Source: an uncultured Gemmatimonadales bacterium
GTDB lineage: Bacteria > Gemmatimonadota > Gemmatimonadetes > Gemmatimonadales > GWC2-71-9
Assembly: GCA_963739455.1 (NCBI GenBank)
Contig: CAVUAK010000001.1
Coordinates: 2,080,001-2,144,000 of the forward strand
Length of the DNA stretch: 64,000 nucleotides
Reading direction: 5' to 3'
Position 1 is the stretch's first letter. Every line of letters begins with the position of its first letter. The notes below the pieces were generated by a model, which was given only the letters and a program-made list of their open reading frames with translations, did not search any database and had not been told where the DNA came from. Shown piece by piece: positions 13,174 through 23,141 of the stretch. Made by a program: the position numbers and the translations under genes.

Positions 13174-13546
13174 TGCCGCGGAAGACGACCGGAGCGTCGC
13201 CCCAGAGGCGCTCGAGCTGGTAGAAGGTCCGTGCCTCCGGATGAAAGACGTGCACCATGAAATCGACATAGTCCAGCAGCACCCAGCGGCCGCCCTGTAC
13301 TCCTTCAACGTGATGCGGGTCGTTGCTCTGCTTGCCCAGCGCACTCACCACGGCATCGGCGATCCCGCGGACATGCGCGTCCGACGTACCGGACGCGATG
13401 ATGAAGAAGTCGGCCGTATCGCTTACCGGCCGCAGGTCGAGCACCATCAGTCCCCGCGCCTTGCGGTCCTCTGCGGCCTGCACCGCCTGCGCCACGGGGC
13501 GAGGAAGCCCATGGTGCCGCCGGCCGGAGTCGGGGGCGCGGGTCAC
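13160..13546 (-). CDS. rsfS: Ribosome silencing factor
   Basis: DFFIIASG, WVLLDYVDFMVHVF, RTFYQLERLWGD. Confidence 0.93.
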   Translation of the reverse strand: MTRAPDSGRRHHGLPRPVAQAVQAAEDRKARGLMVLDLRPVSDTADFFIIASGTSDAHVRGIADAVVSALGKQSNDPHHVEGVQGGRWVLLDYVDFMVHVFHPEARTFYQLERLWGDAPVVFRGSDES

Positions 13547-15375
13547 GCGGGGGACACGCGCGCGGGTGTCCCGTCCTCCACCTGGTAGAACACTGCCCAG
13601 GCCCCGAAGCCGACATGCGTGCCGATCACCCCGGTGACGAGGGAGACGAACACGTCCTTCGGCTTGTACGCGGCCACCAGCGCGTTGCGGAGCCGTTCGG
13701 CCACCTCCGGTGCATCGGCGTGGGCGATGCCGAAGCGGATGGCGCCGGGGCGCGGGGTGAGCTTCCGCTCGAGCAGGGACAGCACCTTCGGCACCACCAG
13801 GTCGCGTCCCCTGACGCGGTCGGCCGGCGCCACCCGGCCATCATCCGTCAGCGTGAGGATCGGCTTCACGTCGAGCAGGCCACCCAGCCACGCCTTGCCC
13901 CGGCTGACCCGGCCCGAGCGGATGAGGTTGTCGTACGTATCCACCGACAGGAACATCCCCGACTGCCGCCGGACCCGCTCCAGCTCCTTCACGATCTCTG
14001 CCGCACCCCAGCCCGATTCGGCGAGTTCCGATGCCCTGAGCCCAAGCATCCCGAGCCCGAGCGACGCGCTCTTGCTGTCGAACAGATGCACCCCGTCGAT
14101 GCCTGAGGCCTTCAGGGCCGCATTGGCCGACTGGAACGTGCCGGACAACGTTCCAGATACGAGCAATACCACCGCCTCGTTGGCCTCGTCGCGGGCGTTC
14201 CGGAAGGCCCGCACGAACTCGCCCGGTGTCGGCTGCGAGGTCGTGGGGAGCTCCTTCGCAGCACGCAGGCGGCGGTAGAACTCCTCCGGCTTGAGCTCGA
14301 GCCGGTCACGGAAGACCTGGTTCCCGAAGATGACCTGGAGGGGAACGAGGGCGATGTGGTGCCGATCGAGGATGGCATCGGCGAGGTCGGCGGAACTGTC
14401 ACACACGACTGCAACCGCGCGGCGTTCGGGGTGGGCGAGCTTCTGGTGCTGGGCTCGCATGTCATCGGCCTTGGTCGCCACCACCTGGCCCCAGCGCACC
14501 GCATAGGTAAAGACGGCGTCGGGGGTGTCCGTATGCACATGGATCTTCAGGATATCGGCGATCGTCGCCACGACGATGGACCCGCCGAAGGCGTGCATGG
14601 CCTGTCGTACCTCGTTGGCCGGCGGCAGTTGCTCCCCGCGGACGAGCACCTCGGTGCAATAGTGGAAGTCGCGCTCTGCGGCGACATCGGCGAGCGCGGC
14701 GGGCGAGAAGTCGAGCTCGCCGGCCCGGAAGGGCTCGGCGGGCAGGATAGGATCGCCCTCGATGAACCGGACGACGCCCTCCAGCATGCGGACAAAGCCC
14801 ATGCCGCCGGCATCGACCACGCCGGCCTGCTTGAGCACCGCCATGAGCTCCGGCGTGTTGGCGAGTGCCACCTCGCCGTCCCGGAGCATCTGGAGCATGA
14901 AGTCGCCGATGTCGCTGGTGGTCGCGGCGGCACGCTCGGCGGAGTTCGCCGCCTCGCGGGCGACGGTGAGGATGGTGCCTTCGCGGGGCTCATCGAGCGA
15001 CTGCTCGAGCTTGTCCGCACCGGACCGGATGGCGGCGGCCACCTCGGCGACCGTCGCCGTGCGCTTGTCGCCCACCGACTCGGCGAAGCCCATGAGGAAA
15101 TGGGCAAGCATCATCCCGGAGTTGCCGCGCGCACCCAGCACCGAGGCCCGCGCCATCGTCTTCGCCGTCTCCGGAAGCGGCGCGTCGCCGAGCGCCCTGA
15201 GGGCGTCGGCGACGGCACGGAGCGTGAGGCTGAAGTTCGTGCCGGTGTCACCGTCGGGCACCGGGAAGACGTTGATACGGTTGATCTCGTCACGGCCCGC
15301 CGCGACCCAGTCGGCGGCGGCGAACAACGAGCGAGCCAGCCGGGGCCCGTCAACGTAGGCGATGCGCGCAGTCAT
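13543..15375 (-). CDS. DAK2 (FakA-like) - DegV (FakB-like) fusion, fatty-acid kinase type
   Basis: INVFPVPDGDTGTN, GARGNSG, EGTILTV, VVDAG, KIHVHT, then DegV motifs DSSADL, PTTSQP, LSGT, SGRV, GTHVG. Confidence 0.9.
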   Translation of the reverse strand: MTARIAYVDGPRLARSLFAAADWVAAGRDEINRINVFPVPDGDTGTNFSLTLRAVADALRALGDAPLPETAKTMARASVLGARGNSGMMLAHFLMGFAESVGDKRTATVAEVAAAIRSGADKLEQSLDEPREGTILTVAREAANSAERAAATTSDIGDFMLQMLRDGEVALANTPELMAVLKQAGVVDAGGMGFVRMLEGVVRFIEGDPILPAEPFRAGELDFSPAALADVAAERDFHYCTEVLVRGEQLPPANEVRQAMHAFGGSIVVATIADILKIHVHTDTPDAVFTYAVRWGQVVATKADDMRAQHQKLAHPERRAVAVVCDSSADLADAILDRHHIALVPLQVIFGNQVFRDRLELKPEEFYRRLRAAKELPTTSQPTPGEFVRAFRNARDEANEAVVLLVSGTLSGTFQSANAALKASGIDGVHLFDSKSASLGLGMLGLRASELAESGWGAAEIVKELERVRRQSGMFLSVDTYDNLIRSGRVSRGKAWLGGLLDVKPILTLTDDGRVAPADRVRGRDLVVPKVLSLLERKLTPRPGAIRFGIAHADAPEVAERLRNALVAAYKPKDVFVSLVTGVIGTHVGFGAWAVFYQVEDGTPARVSPA

Positions 15376-15379
15376 CGTC

Positions 15380-15826
15380 CTATTCCGGGACGATGTTGAC
15401 CTTCACCTCGGCGTGAACATCCGACTGCAGTCGCACGATGACGGAATGGAAACCGACCGTCTTGATCGGGTGTTCGAGCTCCAGCTTGCGCTTGTCGACC
15501 GTGAAGCCCTGCGCCGCAAGGGCCGCCGCGATGTCCTGCGACGTGATCGAGCCGAACAGCTTGCCCTCGTCACCGGCCTTGCCACGCAAGGTCAGCGTGG
15601 TCCCAGCGAGCTGCGCGGCCAGCTGCTCGGCGGCGGCCTTCTCGGCGCTCGCCTTGGTGGCGCGGGCCCTGGCCTCGGCGTCGATGCGCTTCTTGTTGCC
15701 CTCGGTGGCCTCGAAGGCCAGGCCGCGCGGCAGCAGGAAGTTCCGGGCGTATCCCGGCTTCACCTTGACGAGCTGGCCTGCCTTGCCGAGGGACTGCACG
15801 TCTTCCCGCAGGATCACTTCCATCAT
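15380..15826 (-). CDS. rplI: 50S ribosomal protein L9
   Basis: MEVILREDVQSLGKAG..VKVKPGYARNFLLP, KLFGSIT. Confidence 0.97.
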   Translation of the reverse strand: MMEVILREDVQSLGKAGQLVKVKPGYARNFLLPRGLAFEATEGNKKRIDAEARARATKASAEKAAAEQLAAQLAGTTLTLRGKAGDEGKLFGSITSQDIAAALAAQGFTVDKRKLELEHPIKTVGFHSVIVRLQSDVHAEVKVNIVPE

Positions 15827-16748
15827 CTCTCGGTTCCTCCGGTGGTCGACGCCATGCGGCGCCGGAAATCGAGCCATGTGTCGGCGAGCCCGAGCACTGT
15901 CAGGCCGCTCGCCACGAACACGAACATGAAGATCGTCAACAGCGTGTAGAGCACGATGCCCACTGTCGATACGCGACCGGCGCCGGCGCGGAAGACGGCG
16001 GCCCCGCGGAATGCGTACAGCGCCAGCATGACGAGCAGCACGTTGACCGCCACCTGCTGCACGCCGGGGATCGACGTCGCCTGCGGGACCAGCAGCAGGG
16101 CGAGGCTGATCACCACCAGCCACACCGCATGGTCACTGAACGTGAACGCGGTGAGCGGCCTGGGCGCCTGGACGAGGGGCCGCGCGGCCAGGGCGAAAGT
16201 GACCGCGCCACGCGAGTGCCAGGCCCGCCAGCGTCGTGATGACGAGGGCCGCCGGCAACAGCTGCACCATCATGCGCGCCTGGCCCGCGAACTCGTAAAA
16301 TGCGGCCGCTCAGTTGCGCACCGGCCTCGCCCCACAGCTGGTCCGCCATGCGCGCCTGCTCGAGGAACGCGGAAGACAGCCACCGTGCCGTGGCCGACTC
16401 GATGTCGCCCCAGCGGATGCCGAGCAGCGCCATCCATCCGAAGGTTACCGCACTTGCCACCGCGATGGCCAGCGCGGCCTGTCGCAGTCCCCGTCCTGGT
16501 TCCCGCGGTACCAGGAGCAGCCAGGCACCGATGACGGCCACGCCATAGGCGCGCAGGAACTGGCCCGGAAGCGAATCGCGCTGGGCCAGCCAGAGCAGGC
16601 ACCAGATCAGGGCGAGCGCGATGGTGATCCAGGCCTGACGCGAAACTGGCCGGGCTACCAGGAGGAGCCCGGCCAGCGGTCCGAGCAAGAGGATGCCCGG
16701 AGCGACCAGCAGATACGCGACGACCAGCAGCAACCAGCCAGGCGACAC
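15823..16748 (-). CDS. YybS/DUF2232-like membrane protein (about two frameshifts; start uncertain, 16748 GTG or 16787 CTG)
   Basis: Multi-TM, C-terminal LGLADTWLDFRRR, located between rpsR and rplI. Confidence 0.7.
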
Positions 16749-16783
16749 CCGGGCGGGCCCGGGCGTCTCCGGGCCGGCGTGCG

Positions 16784-17005
16784 TCAGTTGCCGCCCCTCT
16801 TCACGTAGGGCAGCAAGGCGAGGTACCGCGCCCGCTTGATGGCGACGCTGATCTGGCGCTGGTGACGGGCGCTGATGCCTGACAACCGGCTCGGAAGGAT
16901 CTTGCCGCGCTCGGTCAGGAAGCGCTGGAGCAGCTTCTCGTCCTTGTAGTCGACGTTCCGGATGCCCTGTTCGGCGAGTGGATCGCCCTTGCGGCTGCGC
17001 TTCAT
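16784..17005 (-). CDS. rpsR: 30S ribosomal protein S18
   Basis: [32 protein letters not shown]. Confidence 0.97.
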   Translation of the reverse strand: MKRSRKGDPLAEQGIRNVDYKDEKLLQRFLTERGKILPSRLSGISARHQRQISVAIKRARYLALLPYVKRGGN

Positions 17006-17346
17006 TCCTCTTCCTCCTCGAACTTGCGGTCACCCGGCTCGCGGCTGACGGTGTAGTCCTTGTCGTCGGCGACCACGAGAAAGCGCAGCACGCCATCGTC
17101 CAGCTTGATGGCCCGCTCGAACTCGGGCAACGCCGTCGTGTCCGCCTGGAAATTGGCGACGACGTAGTAACCCATCTCACGCTTCTTGATCGGATAGGCG
17201 AGGGAACGCTTGCCCCAGTGGTTGAGACGGGGGGCTTCGCTGTCGGTGTGCTTGACCAGCGCGTGATACCGCTCGAGCCGCTCGTTGATTGCCGGCTCTT
17301 CGAGCGCGCTGTCGAAGATGTACACCACTTCGTACGGTCGGACCAT
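17002..17346 (-). CDS. rpsF: 30S ribosomal protein S6
   Basis: [29 protein letters not shown]-like AGGAAAGG upstream. Confidence 0.97.
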   Translation of the reverse strand: MVRPYEVVYIFDSALEEPAINERLERYHALVKHTDSEAPRLNHWGKRSLAYPIKKREMGYYVVANFQADTTALPEFERAIKLDDGVLRFLVVADDKDYTVSREPGDRKFEEEEE

Positions 17347-17463
17347 GGCACCTTTCCTGTGGACGTATGCCCCGGGCGGCTGGTGCAGCCCCTGGGGAGG
17401 GTCTTTGGAGCCCGCAAAGCTAGCCGGGATTGGGGCTTAGGGGAAGGGCCGCGAGCGGGCACA

Positions 17464-17533
17464 AGGAACTGGGAACAGGGAACTGCACCCGTATAGAATT
17501 CCCCGTTCCCTGTTCCCTGTCACCTGTTCCCAG
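17464..17533. repeat. Inverted arrays of heptamer GGGAACW / TTCCCTG
   Basis: aggaact gggaaca gggaact ... ttccccg ttccctg ttccctg tcacctg ttcccag. Confidence 0.8.
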
Positions 17534-17540
17534 GCCGTTC

Positions 17541-18209
17541 ATGCGCCTCATTTCCATCCAGATCGGCACTCCGCGCGTCTATGGCATCCCCGGATCGGAT
17601 GACCCGATGGACCGCGTATTCACCAGCGCCATCGGCAAGGAGCCGGTCGGTGGCCGGGTCTGGGCGGCGCAGCTCGGTCTCTCGGGTGACGCCGTGGCCG
17701 ACCGGAAGGCCCATGGGGGCGTCGACCAGGCACTCCTGGCGTATTCGGCGGAACACTACGCGCGCTGGCGGAAGGAGTGGCTCAGGGAAGACGTGGGTCC
17801 GGGCGCCTTCGGCGAGAACCTCACCGTCAGCGACACGGACGAGGACAGCGCCTGCCTGGGCGACCGGTGGCAGGTGGGCCCGGTGATGTTCGAGGTATCG
17901 AAGCCCCGGACGCCGTGCAACACGCTCGCGCGGCGGCACCGGAAGCCCGACCTGATCGCCACGGTGTTCGCCAACGGCCGCTCGGGGTGGTACGTGCGCG
18001 TGAAGAAGGAAGGATGGATCGAGGCAGGTACGCCGGTGCTGCTGATCGACCGGCCCTATCCGCAGTGGCCGGTGCGGCGGGTGGCCGAGGTGATGTCAGA
18101 ACGCCAGCACCGCACTGACGAAGCTGCGTTGCTGGCGCAATGTCCGGCCCTCGCGGAGGACTGGCGGTACCGACTCAGTCGTGAGTCGACAGTCGGCAGT
18201 CGTCAGTGA
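17541..18209 (+). CDS. MOSC domain protein (YiiM-like)
   Basis: HGGVDQA, PGAFGENLT, PRTPC, GRSGWY.RV, 3-alpha tail. Confidence 0.9.
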   Translation: MRLISIQIGTPRVYGIPGSDDPMDRVFTSAIGKEPVGGRVWAAQLGLSGDAVADRKAHGGVDQALLAYSAEHYARWRKEWLREDVGPGAFGENLTVSDTDEDSACLGDRWQVGPVMFEVSKPRTPCNTLARRHRKPDLIATVFANGRSGWYVRVKKEGWIEAGTPVLLIDRPYPQWPVRRVAEVMSERQHRTDEAALLAQCPALAEDWRYRLSRESTVGSRQ

Positions 18210-18254
18210 GAGGTCAGCTGCCCACTCTCTGACGACTGCCGACGGACGACTGCC
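18176..18254. repeat. Inverted heptamer arrays (CAGTCGN) between convergent genes
   Basis: Perfect 15-bp IR gtcggcagtcgtcag (18192-18206) / ctgacgactgccgac (18229-18243). Confidence 0.8.
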
Positions 18255-18962
18255 TACCTCCTGTTTCCAAACAACCTCAGGAACGTGAGGAACAGGTTGA
18301 TGAAGTTGAGGTAGAGCGACAGCGCGCCGCTCACCGCATAGGAGCCCGACTGCGGGCCCTCGACTGCGAGCGCCATCCGCTTGAGCCGCTGTGCGTCGTA
18401 CGCGGTCAGCCCGGTGAAGACGATGACCATCGCCACCGACATGACGAAGCTCAGGGCGGGGCTCTTCAGGAACCAGTTGACCACCATCGCGATGATGACG
18501 CCGAACAATCCCATCATGGCAAACGATCCCACGCCCGTCCAGGCTCCGCTTCGTGACGGTGCCGTAGAGCGCCAGCGCGCCGAACATCCCGGCGGTGCTC
18601 ACGAAGGCGGTCGCGATCGACCCGCGCGTGTACACCAGCAGGATGAGTGACAGCGTGATGCCGGTGAGTGCGGAGTAGAGCAGGAACAATCCTGCCGACG
18701 CCGTGGGCGAGAGCGTGTTGACCTTGGCCGAGACCACGTACACCAGCGCCAGCTGGGCGATGATGAGCCCGAAGAACAGGATCCGGTTGGTGACGAGCGT
18801 CTGCACCATCGCCGGCGAGGCGATCACCGCGAAGGCGACAGCCGCCGTGACGAGCAGGCCGCCGAACATCCAGCCGTACACACCACGCAGGAACTCGGCG
18901 ACACGCGCGTCGGTCGCCGCGGTGCTGGTGATGGGTGCAGAGGTACCAAAGGGACTGGTCAT
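18254..18962 (-). CDS. Bax inhibitor-1/YccA family membrane protein (frameshift near 18535)
   Basis: FLRGVYGWM, LTAYDAQRLK, GALSLYLNFINLF. Confidence 0.88.
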
Positions 18963-18990
18963 GAATTCCTCCCGGAGGTGAGTCCGGCTA

Positions 18991-20089
18991 TCAGACGTTG
19001 AAACGGAACAGCAGCACGTCTCCGTCGCGCACGACGTATTCCTTGCCTTCCGCGCGGGCCAGGCCCTGCTCCCGCGCGCCCTTCCATCCACCCGCACGCA
19101 CGAAGTCGTCGTAGCCGACCGTCTCCGCGCGAATGAAGCCCTTCTCGAAGTCGGAGTGGATCACGCCGGCGGCCGCTGGTGCCCGGTCGCCGCGGTGGAT
19201 GGTCCAGGCCCGCACCTCCTTCTCGCCAGCCGTAAAATAACTCTGCAGGCCCAGCAGGTGGTACGCGGCATGGGCCAGGCGGTCGAGGCCCGATTCCTCG
19301 AGGCCGAGGGACTGCAGGAAGTCCCTGCGATCCTCGAGCGGCAAGCTCGGCAAGCTCGGCCTCGACCTTGGCGGAGAAGGGAACGATCTCCGCCTCCTCG
19401 CCATCGGCGGTGACGGCAGCGCGCAGCGCGTCGACGTGCCGGTTGCCGCCGGTGATCTCCTCTTCGCGCACGTTGGCGGCGTACAGCACCGGCTTTGCCG
19501 TGAGCAGGTTGAAGGCGCGGAACGCCGGTCGCTCCTCCTCGGTCGGCACGACGCTGCGCGCCGCCTTGCCGTCGGCCAGCGCCTCGCGAAGGCGCTCGAG
19601 CAGCTTCGCCTCGATCTTCGCCTGGGGGTCGCCCGACTTGGCGGCGCGGGCGGCCTTGTCGAGCCGCTTCTCCACCACCTGAAGATCGGCCAGCCCGAGC
19701 TCGATGTTGATGACCTCGCGGTCGCGGGCCGGGTCGACCGGCCCCATGACGTGCTGGATGTCGTCGTCCTCGAAGCAGCGCACCACGTGCACGATCGCAT
19801 CCACCTCGCGGATGTTGGCGAGGAACTGGTTGCCGAGACCCTCACCCTGGCTCGCGCCCTTCACGAGACCGGCGATATCGAGGAATTCCACGGTGGCGGG
19901 CAGCGTGCGCTCGGGTTGCACGAGCTCCGTGAGCCGCTCGAGGCGCGGGTCGGGCACCTGCACCACGCCGGTGTTCGGCTCGATCGTGGCGAACGGGTAG
20001 TTGGCCACGAGGGCACCCGCCGACGTCAGCGCGTTGAAGAGCGTCGACTTGCCGACGTTGGGGAGTCCGACGATACCGAGGCGCAGCAT
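18991..20089 (-). CDS. ychF: Redox-regulated ATPase YchF (frameshift near 19345)
   Basis: [28 protein letters not shown], then [35 protein letters not shown]. Confidence 0.95.
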
Positions 20090-20098
20090 GTGGTATTC

Positions 20099-20665
20099 CT
20101 ACGATCCCTTGTTGAAGCGCGTCATGGCGCGCTCGATGCCTTCGGTGAGCCAGCTCTCGGCGGCGTCGGTCATCGGGTCGAGCAGCTCGTCGACCGCGCC
20201 GCGTTCCTCGCGGGTGAACGGCGCCAGCACATAGTCGGCAAGGTCCTCGCCGGTGGGCTGCGGCCCGACCCCGATCCTCAGCCGTGCATAGTCCTGCTGC
20301 TGCAGCGTCGCCTCGATGCTCTTGAGGCCGTTGTGACCGCCTGCGGAGCCGGCGCCGCGCAACCGGAACCTTCCAGTGGGGAGCGCCACGTCGTCCACCA
20401 GCACGAACAGCTCCGTCGCCGGATCGAACTTGCCACCAAGCAAGTGCGAGAGCGCCGCGCCGCTGCGATTCATGAATGTCTGGGGCTTGAGGAGCTGGAC
20501 GGATTCGCCTTGCCACTGACCTTCGGCAACGCGGGCCCGGTCGCCACGACGAAAGCTTCCGAGCCCCCAACGACGCGCAATGTGATCGGCGAGCAGGAAC
20601 CCGGCGTTGTGCCGGGTGCCCTCATACTCCTGGCCGGGATTGCCCAGCCCTACGATGACGCGCAG
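20099..20665 (-). CDS. pth: Peptidyl-tRNA hydrolase (apparent CTG start)
   Basis: In-frame (L/M)RVIVGLGNPG.EY..TRHNAGF, LLKPQTFMNRSG, GSAGGHNGLKS, RLRIGVG. Confidence 0.93.
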   Translation of the reverse strand: MRVIVGLGNPGQEYEGTRHNAGFLLADHIARRWGLGSFRRGDRARVAEGQWQGESVQLLKPQTFMNRSGAALSHLLGGKFDPATELFVLVDDVALPTGRFRLRGAGSAGGHNGLKSIEATLQQQDYARLRIGVGPQPTGEDLADYVLAPFTREERGAVDELLDPMTDAAESWLTEGIERAMTRFNKGS

Positions 20666-20677
20666 GGCCGCACCCCG

Positions 20678-21340
20678 CTACTTCTCGGCTTCCTCGGCGT
20701 CAGCCTTCGCCTTGCGGATCAGCTCGGGCTCCGACGTGGCCGGGGCATCGGCAGCCGCAGCGGCAACCGGTGTCTCCTCGGCGCGCGGCGTCGCCACCAC
20801 AGCCACCGTCTGGGTGGCGTCGGTGATGATGTCGGCCTTGACCACGGTCAGGTCGCTGACATGCAGCGACTGGCCGATGGCGAGACCGGTGACGTCGATC
20901 TCGATCAACTCGGGGATGTCGGCCGGCAGCGCGCGGATCTGCAGGGCGTGGAGCTGCTGTTCCAGCACGCCGCCGTGGTTTCGCACGCCATCGGGCGTTC
21001 CCACGAGCTTGATGGCCACTTCGACAGCGACCTTTTCGTCCGCGCGGACCTCGTAGAGGTCGATGTGAACGATGGTGCTGGCGCGGAGCGGGTTCCGCTG
21101 GATCTCGCGAATGAGCGCCTTGACCGGGGCGCGATCATCGACGGTGACGTCGACGAGCGTGCTCGAGTGGGCACCCACGAGGAGCCGGGTCAGGGCCGAG
21201 GCGTCGATTTGCAGCGACTCCGGCTGCCGATGATGGCCGTAGATGATGCCCGGTACAATGCCGGAGCGGCGCAGGGAGCGCGCCGCGCCCTTGCCAGTGG
21301 AGCTGCGGGACTTCGCCTGCAGGGATGCCTTGCTTGCCAT
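20678..21340 (-). CDS. rplY: 50S ribosomal protein L25/Ctc
   Basis: GKGAARSLRRSGIVPGIIYG, HIDLY, C-terminal TL5 domain. Confidence 0.95.
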   Translation of the reverse strand: MASKASLQAKSRSSTGKGAARSLRRSGIVPGIIYGHHRQPESLQIDASALTRLLVGAHSSTLVDVTVDDRAPVKALIREIQRNPLRASTIVHIDLYEVRADEKVAVEVAIKLVGTPDGVRNHGGVLEQQLHALQIRALPADIPELIEIDVTGLAIGQSLHVSDLTVVKADIITDATQTVAVVATPRAEETPVAAAAADAPATSEPELIRKAKADAEEAEK

Positions 21341-21361
21341 GGTCGTGTTCCTGTTCCTGAA

Positions 21362-22315
21362 TCAGTCGAACAGCGAACTGACGGACTGGTCGCTGTGCGT
21401 GTAACCGATCGCCTTGGCCAACAGACCGGCGATCGAGAGAACCTTGAGCCGGTCGAACTTCCGTTCCGGCGGGATTGCAATGGTGTTTGTTACCACCACT
21501 TCCGACACTGGTGACGCCGAGAGCCTGTCGACCGCCGGGCCCGAGAGCAGCGCGTGCGTCGCGCAACAGTAAATGTCGCGCGCGCCCAGCCGCTTCAGCG
21601 CGTGCACCGCCTCGGACATGGTGCCGGCGGTGTCGATCATGTCATCCGGGATGACGCAATCACGCCCGGAGACTTCACCCACGACGTTCACGACCTCGGC
21701 CACGTTGGCCGACGGGCGGCGCTTGTCGATGATCGCCAGGGTGGCGTTGAGCCGCTTCGCGAAGCCGCGCGCCATCTTGGCCGAGCCGACATCGGGCGCC
21801 ACTACCACCGGGTCCCGGAGCTGCTTCTGCCGGAAGTGGTTCACGAACACCGGCGCCGCATACAAGTGATCCACCGGCAGGTCGAAGAAACCCTGCATCT
21901 GATGCTGGTGGAAATCCATGCCGAGCACGCGATCAGCGCCGGCCTTGGACACCATGTTCGCCATGAGCTTGGCGCTGATGGCGACGCGGGGCTGGTCCTT
22001 CCTGTCCTGCCGCGCATACCCGAAATAGGGAATGACGGCGGTGACCCGGGCGGCACTGGCCCGCTTCGCGGCATCCATGAGGAGCAACAGCTCCATCATG
22101 TTCTCCGCCGGCGGGTTGGTGGACTGGATGATGTAGACATCCCGCCCGCGCACGTTCTCGTCGATCTTCACGAACAGCTCACCGTCCGCAAAGCGCTTGA
22201 TGGTCAAGGCGCAGAGCGGTTGTCCGAGATGCTGGGCCACCTCTTCGGCGAGTCCGCGATTGGCGGTGCCGCTGAGGAGAAGCATCTGGCTGCGGGAAAG
22301 CGAGATCTCAGCCAT
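21362..22315 (-). CDS. prs: Ribose-phosphate pyrophosphokinase
   Basis: FADGE, PYFGYARQDRK, VAPDVG, DDMIDTAGT. Confidence 0.97.
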   Translation of the reverse strand: MAEISLSRSQMLLLSGTANRGLAEEVAQHLGQPLCALTIKRFADGELFVKIDENVRGRDVYIIQSTNPPAENMMELLLLMDAAKRASAARVTAVIPYFGYARQDRKDQPRVAISAKLMANMVSKAGADRVLGMDFHQHQMQGFFDLPVDHLYAAPVFVNHFRQKQLRDPVVVAPDVGSAKMARGFAKRLNATLAIIDKRRPSANVAEVVNVVGEVSGRDCVIPDDMIDTAGTMSEAVHALKRLGARDIYCCATHALLSGPAVDRLSASPVSEVVVTNTIAIPPERKFDRLKVLSIAGLLAKAIGYTHSDQSVSSLFD

Positions 22316-22327
22316 TTAGAGCCCACA

Positions 22328-22356
22328 AGGATAGCTGCGGAGCGGGGTTAGGTCAA
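22328..22356 (-). promoter_or_regulatory. Sigma70-type promoter for prs-rplY-pth-ychF
   Basis: TTGACC-N17-TATCCT, 12 nt before the prs ATG. Confidence 0.6.
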
Positions 22357-22587
22357 TTCGCCGGCTGCCGTTGTGTGCTGAACGAAGTGGCCGGGTCGTC
22401 CCTGGCGACGCCGGGGGCGCATCACTTGCATATCTTGGGTGTATTCCGGTGCGTGACCAGAACCAGATTCAAGCAGGCTCCGGAGCCGGGCGGTGCAGGG
22501 TCGTCGCACTAAACGGTTATTTGACAGTGCTTTAGCTATTCCCGGTTCAGGAAACCACATCTCCTCTTATTGGAGCAGATCCAAGCC

Positions 22588-23064
22588 ATGCGTGTGCCGA
22601 GACTGTTGCTTCCCATCATCGCCCTGTCGTTCGGCTTCACAGTCGCCGCCTGCTCCGGAGCATCCGATCCACCGCGCGTTCCCACGGAATTGCGGTGCGA
22701 CGTCGGGGGTGGGCAGACGCAGAGTTGCAGTCTTACCCTGACCGCGCCGGCTGGGTACAAGATCACGCTCACGAGCCGGAGCTGCGACGCGATCAACAAC
22801 GATATTTCGTTGACCAGCCCGATCGTGGTGACGTTGACCACGGACGCCTGCCGCGAGCCAATCGGCAAGCAGTGGGACTACTCGACGCCGATCAACCCGG
22901 CTGGCACGAAGATCGACATCGTGTTCACGTCCGACCAGTTTGCGAATGCGCCGGGCACGCGCGTCACCGGCGCCTACCCGAACTGGGTCGTCAACTTCGA
23001 GGACGGTGGCGACACCGACTTCAATGACGTGGTGCTGACCGTCGAAGCCATCCCGGAAACCTGA
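22588..23064 (+). CDS. Lipoprotein with C-terminal acidic Ca-binding-like loop (DUF4114/LecB-like motif)
   Basis: Lipobox VAAC, four further Cys, FEDGGDTDFNDVVLTV. Confidence 0.7.
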   Translation: MRVPRLLLPIIALSFGFTVAACSGASDPPRVPTELRCDVGGGQTQSCSLTLTAPAGYKITLTSRSCDAINNDISLTSPIVVTLTTDACREPIGKQWDYSTPINPAGTKIDIVFTSDQFANAPGTRVTGAYPNWVVNFEDGGDTDFNDVVLTVEAIPET

Positions 23065-23085
23065 TTCCACAGGTGCCGACAAGAG

Positions 23086-23115
23086 AACGCTCCGGCCAAT
23101 GGCCGGAGCGTTTTT
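23086..23115. terminator. Intrinsic terminator, probably bidirectional
   Basis: aacgctccggcc-aat-ggccggagcgtt followed by a T-run. Confidence 0.8.
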
Positions 23116-23141
23116 CGTTGTCGAGCCGCCTTCAACTTGAG

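Noticed and set aside
15380..16123. N-terminally extended L9 (and similarly extended SMC and PdxJ ORFs)
   Set aside because: The conserved N-termini begin at internal ATGs; the extensions overlap neighbouring genes.
22521..22550. Perfect TTGACA promoter for the lipoprotein
   Set aside because: No -10 hexamer at 16-18 nt spacing.
22316..23141. att site or integrase at the tRNA-Gln 3' end
   Set aside because: No duplicated tRNA 3' segment or recombinase ORF found.
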